This document shows, piece after piece, positions 11,866 to 25,435 of a stretch of DNA of 59,039 bases. Location of the stretch: positions 96,822,158 through 96,881,196 of the forward strand of contig NC_068989.1 in the NCBI RefSeq assembly GCF_001194135.2. Reading direction: 5' to 3'. Each line of letters opens with the position of its first letter. Within the stretch, counting starts at the first letter, position 1. The translations under genes were made by a program, and so were the position numbers. Under the pieces are notes generated by a model that did no database searches, was not told the DNA's origin, and saw nothing but the letters and a program-made list of their open reading frames with translations. Source of the DNA: Octopus bimaculoides. Its lineage: Eukaryota.

Positions 11866-13544
11866 GTAGGAAATAATTATTTTTTCCCCTTTTCTAAATC
11901 TAAATCAAAAAAATATTTTCCAAAAATTTTTATAGTATTTTTTATTTTTCAAGAATTCTTTGTGAATAACTGGCTAAATTTCTTAGACAGTGTAACCATA
12001 ATTCTCTCATGAGAAATGCCATTCACTAAAGCAGCAAAATTATAGCCTTCGTTCATCTATTAAAAAGCTATAAATTTATTCATGAAAAATTACGAAACAG
12101 TTTTTATTGAGTTTCTTCATAGAATTAGTTCACTATAAATTGTTATCAGGTTTCAGTTGATTGAAGTGAAAAGAAAGAAACATCTTTTCACTGTCACATT
12201 ACAATTCAAGAGAAACAAAAAAAAGAAAGAAAGGAAAATCTATCACTTTTATTCAATAATTGGGATCTTCAAATAACTGAAAATGAAATTTTTTACAAAA
12301 AAAGCAAAATAAAACAAGATATAAAAAGAAGATAGTTGAAATAACTACTANNNNNNNNNNNNNNNNNNNNNNNNNNNNNNNNNNNNNNNNNNNNNNNNNN
12401 NNNNNNNNNNNNNNNNNNNNNNNNNNNNNNNNNNNNNNNNNNNNNNNNNNNNNNNNNNNNNNNNNNNNNNNNNNNNNNNNNNNNNNNNNNNNNNNNNNNN
12501 NNNNNNNNNNNNNNNNNNNNNNNNNNNNNNNNNNNNNNNATATATATATATATATATATACATATATATTATCATCATTATTATTACTCTAGAGGCCTAT
12601 TTTCATTTAAATATAATATGAATGATTTCAACAATATTTTCTCTAAAAAATCTTAATGATTTTAGTACAACTAATTTCAAATTTATAATATTTTTTTGTT
12701 CTGTTTTATTTTTGAGTCTGATTTTTTTTTCGGCCTCATTGTGGAATTTATTATGAAAAGAGTAAATCTTTAATTTCTCTGCAAAAAAATCTAACTTGTA
12801 AGAGGCAAACTTAACCCCATCACAGATTAAAATTCCATGAATACTTTCTTGTTTATTACTTTTTTGTCTTTCTCTTTTCTTTTATTCTTTTAGTGCTAGT
12901 CTGTTTATTCTATTATTTGTTTATATTAACAAATCGTTAAAAATCCATTTTGAACTTGAATTTTTATTGGAAAATTATAATTTTCACTTGGAAATTTTAC
13001 TTGAAAAAATTATATATTGCTAATCTGACATTTGTTTTGTTTTAATTCTTCATGTTTGTTTCCATTTTCTTTAAAAAAAGAGTTCATATGGTACATCTAT
13101 TAAGAACTACTATTATATATGTATCCACACTGTCCTATTAATATACTTCTGTACTTTTCTGTTTCTTTCATTCCTGCTGTATTAACTGACTATAATTACA
13201 CTTAGAAATACGATATTTTATAAGCTGACATCAAGTTTTACCATTATTTTGACATTCACCACTCACTGTTTCATTACTCATGCTATATTATTGTTATCAT
13301 GTTTACAATCTTAACATTAGTTTAAATGCTATTTACTTTCATATTACATACAAAATCTCCAAGTATAATATGCCCCCTTTTCACCAAAATAAGGATTAAA
13401 TACATATTTTTTCCCTTTTAGTCAGGAGGGATGGGCAGGTTGAACTGGATTGTAGAATTTCAGGTGCTGGCATTGTAGCACTCCAGCTTCAACATTTGAT
13501 CCTCAAAAGAGGAGAGGTTGATAAAAAAAGCCAAACTCATTATC

Positions 13545-13838
13545 TTTAATTCAGTTTTTATACCTTTCCTCACTTTTGATCGAATGTACAATGAGGAATA
13601 CAAGTGGCCGAAATGGGGTTACCATGAAGGATGTCTAGAGTAATGCTACTTGATGGGGCACAACTCAGAGACCAAAGAATCTCTCCAGGTCAACTTGCTA
13701 CTTATTCCATATTGGAAAGTCACAGCTCTGATACGATGGACATGTGGTTTGAATATTACAGGAAATAATCACAGGATGGATTCTTCAAGCTGAGCTAACC
13801 AGCAGGAGACGTAGGGATAGACCAAGAACAAGATGGTT
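13545..13838 (+). mobile_element. Decayed LINE (RTE/L2-like) C-terminal fragment, cut by a gap
   Basis: Translates to ...SQL*YDGHVV..ILQEIITGWILQAELTSRRRRDRPRTRW, a WxGHV..GRPR.RW-type motif. Confidence 0.65.
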
Positions 13839-14591
13839 NNNNNNNNNNNNNNNNNNNNNNNNNNNNNNNNNNNNNNNNNNNNNNNNNNNNNNNNNNNNNN
13901 NNNNNNNNNNNNNNNNNNNNNNNNNNNNNNNNNNNNNNNNNNNNNNNNNNNNNNNNNNNNNNNNNNNNNNNNNNNNNNNNNNNNNNNNNNNNNNNNNNNN
14001 NNNNNNNNNNNNNNNNNNNNNNNNNNNNNNNNNNNNNNNNNNNNNNNNNNNNNNNNNNNNNNNNNNNNNNNNNNNNNNNNNNNNNNNNNNNNNNNNNNNN
14101 NNNNNNNNNNNNNNNNNNNNNNNNNNNNNNNNNNNNNNNNNNNNNNNNNNNNNNNNNNNNNNNNNNNNNNNNNNNNNNNNNNNNNNNNNNNNNNNNNNNN
14201 NNNNNNNNNNNNNNNNNNNNNNNNNNNNNNNNNNNNNNNNNNNNNNNNNNNNNNNNNNNNNNNNNNNNNNNNNNNNNNNNNNNNNNNNNNNNNNNNNNNN
14301 NNNNNNNNNNNNNNNNNNNNNNNNNNNNNNNNNNNNNNNNNNNNNNNNNNNNNNNNNNNNNNNNNNNNNNNNNNNNNNNNNNNNNNNNNNNNNNNNNNNN
14401 NNNNNNNNNNNNNNNNNNNNNNNNNNNNNNNNNNNNNNNNNNNNNNNNNNNNNNNNNNNNNNNNNNNNNNNNNNNNNNNNNNNNNNNNNNNNNNNNNNNN
14501 NNNNNNNNNNNNNNNNNNNNNNNNNNNNNNNNNNNNNNNNNNNNNNNNNNNNNNNNNNNNNNNNNNNNNNNNNNNNNNNNNNNNNNNNNNN

Positions 14592-14659
<68 letters not shown>

Positions 14660-14799
14660 CACAAGGAGAGAGAGAAAGAGAGGGTTAGATATATTGTATA
14701 CATGACTGAGTTCTACCTTTATAATATAATCTTTGTATGAGTCCTTTGCAAATCTGTTTCATGTAGCAAACTTTCTGAGTCCATTACAGAGTCGATGTG

Positions 14800-15250
14800 C
14801 AATACAGTTGTTGTTCTTGTTATTGTTGTTTAGCCCAAGGTAGGGCCCAATTGAGCAAATCTGTGGTGAAAGGCATTCCAGCCATAATCTTCCAACCAGT
14901 TTCTCCTTTTGTATCTCAGATTGCATTATCTGATGTATTCTTCCATTTTCAAAATAGAAGACTGAGATTTCAAAGAGATTTAATTGCTATATTTAAGCAG
15001 CTGAAGACCCTGCTGAAGCTCCTTCATTATAGTTGTTATTGTTTAAACCCAGATTAGCCTTAAGTATTTCTATGACCAAAGGCATTCCAGCTATTGTCAT
15101 CCCAACGTATACCTAAAACTAGATTATCTATTGTCCTCTTATTGAAGCTTAATCTTCAAATTACCTTCTGTGTGATTTGAGGGAGATTTAGCTGTTGTTT
15201 CTACTAGCCTGAATGTTCACCTAGAACTTCCCTCGCAGCTGACTGTAATA
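14800..15250. mobile_element. Decayed SINE-like repeats (ttgctgctatttctagcagg family)
   Basis: Internally duplicated segments (tttagcccaagg..aaaggcattccagc; gatttagctgttgtttct) that also resemble 28730-28950. Confidence 0.5.
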
Positions 15251-16649
15251 TCAATGATGAGATTATGAGGTGTAATTAAAATGTAGGGTGTTTTGGAGGT
15301 TTCGGGCCAGATATTGTAGAGGTATTAGGGATCGAGGGACAGGTGTAGTATTTGCAAAAAGGACATTTGAATATGTTTGGCTGGATGCAGTTAGGGGCTA
15401 AGGAATTTATATATATATATATNNNNNNNNNNTAAAATAGTGATCTCAAAGTTTTTTTCTGTTCTGAAGGAAGAAATCAAATGCAGGGAAGAGTAATGCA
15501 GTTAGAAAAAAGGAAATGAAAACTCTTGAGAAGCATGCAGAAAGCTAGTAGTGAAGAAGTAAAAGAAAAAGGAAACCTGGTTTTCAGGTGTCCATGGCTC
15601 TGTAAAAGCTTTGTTATTCTGTGCTCTGCTTATAATTCAAGCTTAGGAAATGTGGAGTTCAGAACCACTTGGAGGCTCCCAAAAGAAAAAAATGTATTTC
15701 CTCCAATTTTTAAACAGAAAGCTCCAATGTTTAGCTATTCTATATACATATTATGTTGAATTCCTCTAACAATCATTTTTGAGAATATTTTTTGTGAAAC
15801 AGTTCTTTGATAGTAGATGGAAAATTGTATATAAAGTCTTTGAAGCATTGTATTTTGGGGATTATTATTTTGTCTTTGCTGAGACAAGCTGTATCTTTTT
15901 TCTGCTCCAATGCCATCATTGCATAACTATTTTTTTTTAAATAGATTAGAGAATATTAACTTCTTTATATCCTGGAGAATTTCCAAAGAAAATAGAATGA
16001 ATAATTATTGAATAATTAAACAGTTTTAAGAATAATATTGACAACTATTGGGCTCTTGTGAGTAAATAAATGGATAGGAAAATATATAGTTAGAGAAATT
16101 GTCAAAATGTTAGGATTCCCAACTCTACCTCTTAAAAAAAAAGTATCCATAGGTTAAAATAATACATTGTGATGTTAAGCAATATTAAAGATTTTGTCTC
16201 CATCCAATGATTCCAAGGATAAATTCAGGTTTTTCTCATGTTCAACCCATGTCACCAAGGAATACTGATGCAAAATGTTGATGATCATATCTCTGTCCAT
16301 CTGTTTATCTGTGCATGTATGTGTGCATGTGAATTGGCAGAAGGAAAGAGGGAAATAAGAAATGGACAATATCAGAGGTTACAACAGAATAGACGAAAGC
16401 TTTAAAAGTGATGGACAAAATGTAAACACACCACGCACACACAAAAAAAGAAAAGAACAACCACAAAGGTTGTGCACAGTGGATAATAATGCTAGAAGAG
16501 GAAAAAGGGCAAGAAGCAGAGTGATGCTTCAGGTGAACCCTTGGTCAAAGTAGAATAAGAAACAAGATAAAAGATATCTGTTTGAAGCACATGTGTATCC
16601 TTCTGCTACATGTTGGAGAGAGAGGGAGAGAGAGAATGTGTGTGTAATG

Positions 16650-17073
16650 GGCTTCTTTAAGTTTCCATCTACTATATCTACTTAAAAAGCTTTGGTCGGC
16701 CTTGGGCTATAGTAGAAAACACTTGACCAAGATGTTGTACAATGGAACTGAATCCAAAGCCATATTGTTGCAAAATGAACCTCTTACTCATGGAACCATG
16801 CTCTGTCCTGGCTCCTGTGCAGGTGGCACGTAAAAAACACCATTTTGAGCATGGCCATTGCCAATACTGCATGACTGGCCCTCGTCCTGGTGGCACGTAA
16901 AAGCACCTACTACACTCTCAGAGTGGTTGGCATTAGGAAGGGCATCCAGCTGTAGAAACTTTGCCAGATCAGATTGCAGCCATCTGGTTTGCCAGTCCTC
17001 AGTCAAATCGTCCAACCCATGCTAGCATGGAAGGCAGACGTTAAACGACGATGATGATGATGATGATGATGAT

Positions 17074-17075
<2 letters not shown>
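16650..17075. mobile_element. SINE A 5' half (-) fused to an RTE-tail repeat (+)
   Basis: tttcagtttccatctac..ctttggtcggccttgggctatagtagaa on -, then the standard tail ending in (GAT)n at about 17075. Confidence 0.8.
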
Positions 17076-17117
<42 letters not shown>

Positions 17118-17156
17118 CACACCTAAGCATACATATATCCTCAGAAACTCTTATTT

Positions 17157-17195
17157 GTCTCTGATGATGGACTATTCCAGAAAAAGCTCCAAGAC
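17157..17195 (+). ncRNA. Degenerate minimal hammerhead motif (probably inactive)
   Basis: GTCT-CTGATGA-TGGA ctat TCCA-GAAA-A AGCT CC A-AGAC: stems I and II and the core are intact, but the triplet is CCA (not NUH) and stem III is broken. Confidence 0.55.
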
Positions 17196-17894
17196 TGAAT
17201 TTTTTCCAATAATAATAATGTATAGTCTACTCTGCATTGTTGTACCATTCCAGACATGTTACATTTCATTAACAATACACAATATTTCCATCAAACTACA
17301 ATACTTTCATATATATCTATATATCTATATCTATATCTATCTATCTATATATATATATATATACACACACACATACACATACATACATACATAAACACAT
17401 ATTCACATGCCCAAATACATGCAGATACAGGCATGCATGTGCACCCATATATGTCCAAATATATATTTTTGCGTAATATATATCTTCATAAATACATAGC
17501 TGTAGAGGTGTTTGCAGGTCTAAATATTTCTTTAATTTCATGCTTACATGGATCCCATATAAATATACATACATACATGCCCTGATATACATAGACACAT
17601 ATATACCTCTATATATATAAATATATATATATAGAATATATGAGGAGTTTTTGTCAGGGTGACTCAAACTTAAAGGTACGCACTCTGAGTGCTCAAATCA
17701 GTATGCCACTAAAATTCTGGTTTGAATTGCAGCCAAACATTGTGATTTTGTGACTGCCTTTTTAAAGTGGCAATAAGGGGGCTTTCCTTTCAGCAGGTAG
17801 ATATAGATTAAAGCAGAAATGAAAAGGCAAATGGTTTTGCAAGACTTGACAAGGATATTCGACTTAGCTATATGATAAAAAGGTATACATAGGT

Positions 17895-18054
17895 GCAGAA
17901 GTGGCTGTGTGGTAAGTAGCTTGCTTACCAAGTACATGGTTCCAGGTTCAGTCCCACTGCATGGCACCTTGGGCAAGTGTCTTCTACTATAGCCTCGAGC
18001 CAACCAAAGCCTTGTCAGTGGATTTGGTAGACAGAAACTGAAAGAAACCCATCG

Positions 18055-18089
<35 letters not shown>

Positions 18090-18272
18090 TTACCCCCCAA
18101 CATCGCTTGACAACTGATGGTGGTGCGTTTACGCCCCCATAACTTAGCGGTTCGGCAAAAGAAACCGATAGAATAAATACTAGGCTTACAAAAAATAAGT
18201 CTTGGGGTCGATTTGCTCGACTCAAGGCGGTGCTCCAGCATGGCCGCAGTCGACTGAAACAAGTAAAAGAAT
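17895..18272 (+). mobile_element. SINE family A, full-length copy with an internal (TA)n/(TG)n tract
   Basis: tRNA-like head (gtggctgtgtggtaag...ggttcagtccc) and gactgaaacaagtaaaaga tail; near-identical copies at 32107-32625 and 54876-55285. Confidence 0.9.
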
Positions 18273-18784
18273 AGTATCTAACAGTTGTTTCTAGAATATT
18301 CCAACTATTGGAATCTAAGTCAAGCAAGCATTCCATAGGCCAAGTATAGCATCATCAGAGAGGGAGAGGTTAAACAGATGTAAAAGTGGAGAAACATTGT
18401 TCATCAATGGTATCATTGTGGTTCATTTTGTGAAGAAAGAGAGGAGAAATCCAATTAAATGTTCAATTAAAATAGATAATAATTAGGCAAATCTATGAAG
18501 AAATGAAGAAAAGCAGTAATGTCCATTCATAGAATGAAAACAGAGAGAATGGCTTGATTAGAATCGATGGCAAGTGGAAATGGATATTAGCAGTTTCTTT
18601 GTTAGATAAAGAACGAATCCATGAAGTGAATCCAGTGGCATGTGCCTCCTGTTGATGACATCAGGTAGCTCAATACTGTGAATAGGCTTTAAACATCATC
18701 GTACTCCCAATCTATAATATAATAAAATTCTGAAGCATCTGTGCCAGTGACATGTAAAAGCACCGATGCTGATGACATGTAAAA

Positions 18785-18810
18785 GGGTTAGGGTTAGGGT
18801 TAGGGTTAGG
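18785..18810 (+). repeat. Interstitial telomeric repeat (GGGTTA)4GG inside an RTE-tail copy
   Basis: Read directly. Confidence 0.9.
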
Positions 18811-19873
18811 AAGGGGCTGCAGCCATAGAAAGCAAGTCAGGACCAGGCCGGAACCGGGTACAGCTCTCCAGTTGACCAGTTCCAGTCAAGCCATCTAACC
18901 CATGCCAGCATGGAAAGCAGATGCTAAATGATGATGATGATGATGATGGTGATGGTGATGGTGATGGTGATGATGTAGTAGTAGTAGTAGTACAAGGGGG
19001 TGCTGAAAATGTTCTGGCTTTAAAGGTTTGTGAAAGGCCTGGTTGGAGGCCCAAACTGCTGAATTCTTTTGCAGAGCCTAGAAAAACTGAAGAACCACTA
19101 AAAAATGTGTGTGAATCTGAGAGTGGTGGGGGGGATATGTTGAATAAAATCATAATTAACTGATTCTCCTGTATTCTCTTTTACCTAAAGCCAGGAACTT
19201 TTCATCACCCCTCCCCCCTCATATGTGTGGGAGTGTTTGTATATACGAGTGTCTTCTATATATCAATATATGTTTATCTATGCATCATTTCATGTTTAGA
19301 TATCTGTTTATACATACTCTTGCCTAAAAATTTACAGATATATTCAGTAGTACAATATAGCATTGAAACTAAAAAACATGGTTAATGCACAATGAGCTTA
19401 TTAATTGGCTGAATCAGTTGACATAAGCTTTTAGGAATAATGGATTTATAAGCAGTGTTTCTGTGGACAGTCAAAGTGTAGACTTAATCCCTGATGAAAT
19501 CCCAACAGTACGAACAACCCTTTTGCTTCCAACCCACATCAGACCACTTTTGATTGTAGAAACTTCCCTTTTTAAAGTGATCTAAAACCCTCCGTCAAAT
19601 TTTCTTATGTTCCTAACACCAACTTCAGTAAAATTATTTCAGTAAATTCTTTGTTATTTTAAAAATCAATTAAGTAAAAGCATTGTATTTCAAGAGAAAT
19701 ATGGAAACAAAATGATTAAAACCAGTTCAGTAGAACCCTCGTTTTCTGCCCATAAAGTTATTGTATATAAAGACAAGGTGTTTGCATCTGCCTTTGCATA
19801 GTAGTGTTGGGTAGAAGTGATCACATTTGTTTCCCATGCTGGTATGAGTTGCCCTGTTTGACAGAAACTGACA

Positions 19874-20008
19874 TGCCAGGGGACTATGCCAGGGGACTGT
19901 GCCAGGGGACTATGCCAGGGGACTGTGCCAGGGGACTGTGCCAGGGGACTGTGCCAGGGGACTGTGCCAGGGGACTGTGCCAGGGGACTATGCCAGGGGA
20001 CTGTGCCA
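19874..20008. repeat. 13-bp GC-rich minisatellite (TGCCAGGGGACT[G/A])x10
   Basis: Ten units plus a partial unit, embedded in a minus-strand RTE-tail copy (about 19800-20130). Confidence 0.95.
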
Positions 20009-21670
20009 AGCTCACCTGCCTCATATGGCATTGTTTCTACAGCTGGATATCATTCCTAATGCCAACCACTTTACTGAGAGTGTACTGGATGTCTTTTACA
20101 TGACGCCAGCACTAGTGAAGTGAAATAACTCATGAGACAAGACCTCCCCCCTCCACAACTGAGTGGGAGTGAGGAGAGAGGTGGCTCTATGGTAGGTGAG
20201 GAGAGATGAAAGTATTGTAACAGGATGTCTTGCTGTAAGGGAGACACATGTTTATCCTAGTTGGAAAAGCAAGAAGATGGCAGTGTGTCAGGCTACAAGA
20301 AAGTGACTCTAAGAGAAGGGCAGAGGGATAGAGATAGAGATAGGGGGAAACGCAAGAGGCAGATATAACATCAGCAACATATTCAATAGGTGCAATACAA
20401 TAAACTTTATTACAAAACTGGATCCATGATCTTTCCCCCCCCCCCCCAAAAAAAAAGAATGAAAAATATTTGCAAATGGCGGTGCCCCAGCATGGCCACA
20501 GCTCATGAGCTGAAACTAGATAAAATGAAATATGCCAACCAATTGGCAAAACAAAACAACAAAAAGAACCAATCATATCTTTTTCCTTTCCCTTTCTTTT
20601 TTTTTTCAGCGTATTTGTGTGGGTGGGTTTATAAGTATATAAATAGGTAAGTTCATTGTGAAATATAGAAATCTAATGCTTTAAAACAATGAAATATTTG
20701 GGAATAGTAAAAATTGGTTATTCAGCATGGAAGTATATTTTTACAATTTAATATTAAAACTAATTGTATTTTTTTTAAAATATACCTATTGAACTATTAT
20801 AACAGTTGGGTTTACTTGTTTGTTTGTTTGGGTTTGGTTTTCTTTTTCTCCATCAAAAATTTTCTTTCATATTTATGCATTCATTACTATATTTTTGCAA
20901 TATATGTGAGTGAGCATGTGTGTGTACCTAAACATGCATATTTGTGTGTGTGTACACACGCACACACATATGCATGCATAAATACACACACACACACACA
21001 CATATATATATATCACTACATTTTGCTATATATATATATATATATATACACATACATACATTCCCATATATATATAGATATANNNNNNNNNNNNNNNNNN
21101 NNNNNNNNNNNNNNNNNNNNNNNNNNNNNNNNNNNNNNNNNNNNNNNNNNNNNNNNNNNNNNNNNNNNNNNNNNNNNNNNNNNNNNNNNNNNNNNNNNNN
21201 NNNNNNNNNNNNNNNNNNNNNNNNNNNNNNNNNNNNNNNNNNNNNNNNNNNNNNNNNNNNNNNNNNNNNNNNNNNNNNNNNNNNNNNNNNNNNNNNNNNN
21301 NNNNNNNNNNNNNNNNNNNNNNNNNNNNNNNNNNNNNNNNNNNNNNNNNNNNNNNNNNNNNNNNNNNNNNNNNNNNNNNNNNNNNNNNNNNNNNNNNNNN
21401 NNNNNNNNNNNNNNNNNNNNNNNNNNNNNNNNNNNNNNNNNNNNNNNNNNNNNNNNNNNNNNNNNNNNNNNNNNNNNNNNNNNNNNNNNNNNNNNNNNNN
21501 NNNNNNNNNNNNNNNNNNNNNNNNNNNNNNNNNNNNNNNNNNNNNNNNNNNNNNNNNNNNNNNNNNNNNNNNNNNNNNNNNNNNNNNNNNNNNNNNNNNN
21601 NNNNNNNNNNNNNNNNNNNNNNNNNNNNNNNNNNNNAAGACTAACTTTTGTTTCTTTATCATTATTATTG

Positions 21671-21718
<48 letters not shown>

Positions 21719-22317
21719 TTATTTATATATATATATATATTATATTTATTTATTACAGTACACATATATGAGTAATTAAAATTTCAACCTCTAGAGATTG
21801 TATTGTAGCAGCCTTATAATATTGCTTTTAATAGTTTCAATCTCTGCCTCCGGAAAGATATATCTCTATTTTACAAAAAGCAATGTGAGAATAAAAATAT
21901 ATAATAATAATAATAATATAAATAACATATATAAGAAAATATAAATGAAGAAATTTTTTGTGAAAAAGAAACACAGCAAGAGAAATGCTATCCTTATGAA
22001 ACACATGAGTGATTAGTTGTTTGGGAATTATGAAAAGAAGTAGGACTCTTATTAGGTTCACACAAATAGAACAAGACACACACACACACACATGTGTCAA
22101 TAATAATGATATGTAAAGGAAAACATACCTGTTTATGTGTGTGTGTGTGTGTGTGCGTGTGTGTGCGTGTGCGCACCTGAAATATAAGGTCATTGTATTT
22201 ATGTGTATATAAATACACACACACGCATTAGGATTATGCTCATCTATTATATTTGTACATATATATATATATATATACACATACACACACAAACACGTAC
22301 ACATATACTCACGCATA

Positions 22318-22358
<41 letters not shown>

Positions 22359-23322
22359 NNNNNNNNNNNNNNNNNNNNNNNNNNNNNNNNNNNNNNNNNN
22401 NNNNNNNNNNNNNNNNNNNNNNNNNNNNNNNNNNNNNNNNNNNNNNNNNNNNNNNNNNNNNNNNNNNNNNNNNNNNNNNNNNNNNNNNNNNNNNNNNNNN
22501 NNNNNNNNNNNNNNNNNNNNNNNNNNNNNNNNNNNNNNNNNNNNNNNNNNNNNNNNNNNNNNNNNNNNNNNNNNNNNNNNNNNNNNNNNNNNNNNNNNNN
22601 NNNNNNNNNNNNNNNNNNNNNNNNNNNNNNNNNNNNNNNNNNNNNNNNNNNNNNNNNNNNNNNNNNNNNNNNNNNNNNNNNNNNNNNNNNNNNNNNNNNN
22701 NNNNNNNNNNNNNNNNNNNNNNNNNNNNNNNNNNNNNNNNNNNNNNNNNNNNNNNNNNNNNNNNNNNNNNNNNNNNNNNNNNNNNNNNNNNNNNNNNNNN
22801 NNNNNNNNNNNNNNNNNNNNNNNNNNNNNNNNNNNNNNNNNNNNNNNNNNNNNNNNNNNNNNNNNNNNNNNNNNNNNNNNNNNNNNNNNNNNNNNNNNNN
22901 NNNNNNNNNNNNNNNNNNNNNNNNNNNNNNNNNNNNNNNNNNNNNNNNNNNNNNNNNNNNNNNNNNNNNNNNNNNNNNNNNNNNNNNNNNNNNNNNNNNN
23001 NNNNNNNNNNNNNNNNNNNNNNNNNNNNNNNNNNNNNNNNNNNNNNNNNNNNNNNNNNNNNNNNNNNNNNNNNNNNNNNNNNNNNNNNNNNNNNNNNNNN
23101 NNNNNNNNNNNNNNNNNNNNNNNNNNNNNNNNNNNNNNNNNNNNNNNNNNNNNNNNNNNNNNNNNNNNNNNNNNNNNNNNNNNNNNNNNNNNNNNCATAC
23201 ATATATATATATACACATACATATACATACATATGTATATACATACACACCCACATACCTACATACATATATATCTATACACATATATATACACACACAT
23301 ACAAAACATTACCCACACACAT

Positions 23323-23355
<33 letters not shown>

Positions 23356-23589
23356 CATATCTACATATAAGTACATACACACATATACATACATACACAC
23401 ATACATATACATACACATACCCATATACATATATACACACACATATACATACATACATACATACACATAAATACACACATTTTTCCACGTATACCTATGC
23501 ATATGTATATACACTTGCATATATATATTATTCTTGTTTCAGTCATTTGACTCTGGCTATGCTATCTCATATAATATATAATACATGTA

Positions 23590-23810
23590 GAACAAAGACA
23601 GAGTTCAAAAGTCATTCTTGAGCCATAGGCTCTATTCTGTTCTGGATAGGATGCCTGTTCATTGCAGGATTGCTCATTTCTGCAAGCTGAGTGGACAGAA
23701 ACAAGATAATCGGAAGCATTTTTCTCAAGAACACAATGCATCTTCCACTCCAGGAATTGAAACCACAATCTTATGATCATGAGTGCAATACCCAAGCCAC
23801 TAAACAATAC
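23590..23810 (-). mobile_element. tRNA-derived SINE (family C), decayed
   Basis: Minus strand gtgtattgtttagtggcttgggtattgcactcatgatcataagattgtggtttcaattcctgg has A/B-box-like segments; related copy at 36108-36290 (+). Confidence 0.65.
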
Positions 23811-24034
23811 ACCATCACATATTATGCATATATATCTGTTTTATATAAATGAACAAGCTGTTTGTACATTCACAAAATTGTACTTGACAAGTTCTAGAGA
23901 GGAATGAAAGCGCTAATAATAATGAAGAAATAAAAGGATTTTTTTTTTCCAAAATTCTGATGACTTTTTTTCTCAATATTCAATTCTGTACATCACACCT
24001 AATGCTCTATACATACATACATACATATATATCA

Positions 24035-24634
24035 CATCGTCGTTTAACGTCCGCTTTCCATGCTGGCATGGGTTGGACAATTTGACTGAGGATTTGTGAA
24101 ACCAGATGGCTACACCAGGTTCCAATCTGATTTGGCAGAGTTTCTACACCTGGATGCCCTTCTTAACGCCAACCACTCTGAGAGTGTAGTGGGTGCTTTT
24201 ACGTGCCACCGGCACGAAGGCCAGTCGGGCGGTACTGGCAACGGCCACGCTCAAAATGGTGCATTTTACGTGCCACCCACACAGGAGCCAGTTCAGCGGC
24301 ACTGGCAACGATCTCGCTCAAATGTCTTTACACATGCCATCTGGCACAGGTGCCATGACGATTTCGCTTTCGCTTACTTCAACAAGTCTTCACAAGCTGA
24401 GTTTTGTGTCCAATGAAGGAGACAACGTTGGCATGGGTGCCAGTTGTCGAATTTATTTCGATTTCGATTTCACTTGCCTCAACAGGTCTTCGGAAGTGGA
24501 GTTTTGTGTCCAATGAAGGAAGGTACGCATAAGTGGACTGGCTGAGGCCTTAGATTTAGGTCTCACTTGGCTTGCCTGGTCTTCTCACGCACAGCATATT
24601 TCCAGAAGTCTCGGTCAGAAGTTATCGCCTCGGT
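24035..24634 (-). mobile_element. RTE-tail repeat with an internal duplication, cut by a gap
   Basis: Standard tail reversed; gagttttgtgtccaatgaagga occurs twice. Confidence 0.9.
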
Positions 24635-25114
24635 NNNNNNNNNNNNNNNNNNNNNNNNNNNNNNNNNNNNNNNNNNNNNNNNNNNNNNNNNNNNNNNNNN
24701 NNNNNNNNNNNNNNNNNNNNNNNNNNNNNNNNNNNNNNNNNNNNNNNNNNNNNNNNNNNNNNNNNNNNNNNNNNNNNNNNNNNNNNNNNNNNNNNNNNNN
24801 NNNNNNNNNNNNNNNNNNNNNNNNNNNNNNNNNNNNNNNNNNNNNNNNNNNNNNNNNNNNNNNNNNNNNNNNNNNNNNNNNNNNNNNNNNNNNNNNNNNN
24901 NNNNNNNNNNNNNNNNNNNNNNNNNNNNNNNNNNNNNNNNNNNNNNNNNNNNNNNNNNNNNNNNNNNNNNNNNNNNNNNNNNNNNNNNNNNNNNNNNNNN
25001 NNNNNNNNNNNNNNNCTTCCTAAAAATATATTACTGCTCTAATATTTTAGAGTGTGCTTCTTTTTCACATGTATATATGTGTGAGTGTGTAGTGGATGTG
25101 TGTATGTGTGTGTG

Positions 25115-25149
<35 letters not shown>

Positions 25150-25150
25150 T

Positions 25151-25435
25151 AGAAAATAACATAGACAGCTATACACAATGTAAATCCACAAAGGAGAAAT
25201 TCACTCATCACTAAATGTGACTGATGGTGCTGGTTAGTACCTGTATTGTTAGAAATAAGTATTGGGGCATTAATCCCCCTTGTCAGTATGAAAATGTGTT
25301 TCCTTGAAGTTGTAAGGGTTTTAACTCTTATTTCTAGCAATATAGGTACGACCCAGCACCCTCAGTCACATTTAGTGACAATTGAATTTCTCCTTTTCGG
25401 TTTTATATTGCACAAAGCTTTTTACGTCATTTCTT
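25151..25435. repeat. About 285-bp foldback (arms of about 110 bp), MITE-like
   Basis: Left arm 25151-25259 is the reverse complement of right arm 25327-25435 with scattered mismatches; the ORF track shows mirror-image ORFs at 25149-25340 (-) and 25246-25440 (+). Confidence 0.9.

Noticed and set aside
16175-16369. Minus-strand ORF DMIINILHQYSLVTWVEHEKNL...
   Set aside because: No pyrimidine-rich acceptor, no donor and no recognisable family
13769-24634. Long ORFs in the track (for example 13769-14705 and 20714-23621)
   Set aside because: They are made of N-runs and (TA)n/(CA)n translations (YIYI, THTH, CVCV) with no coding signal
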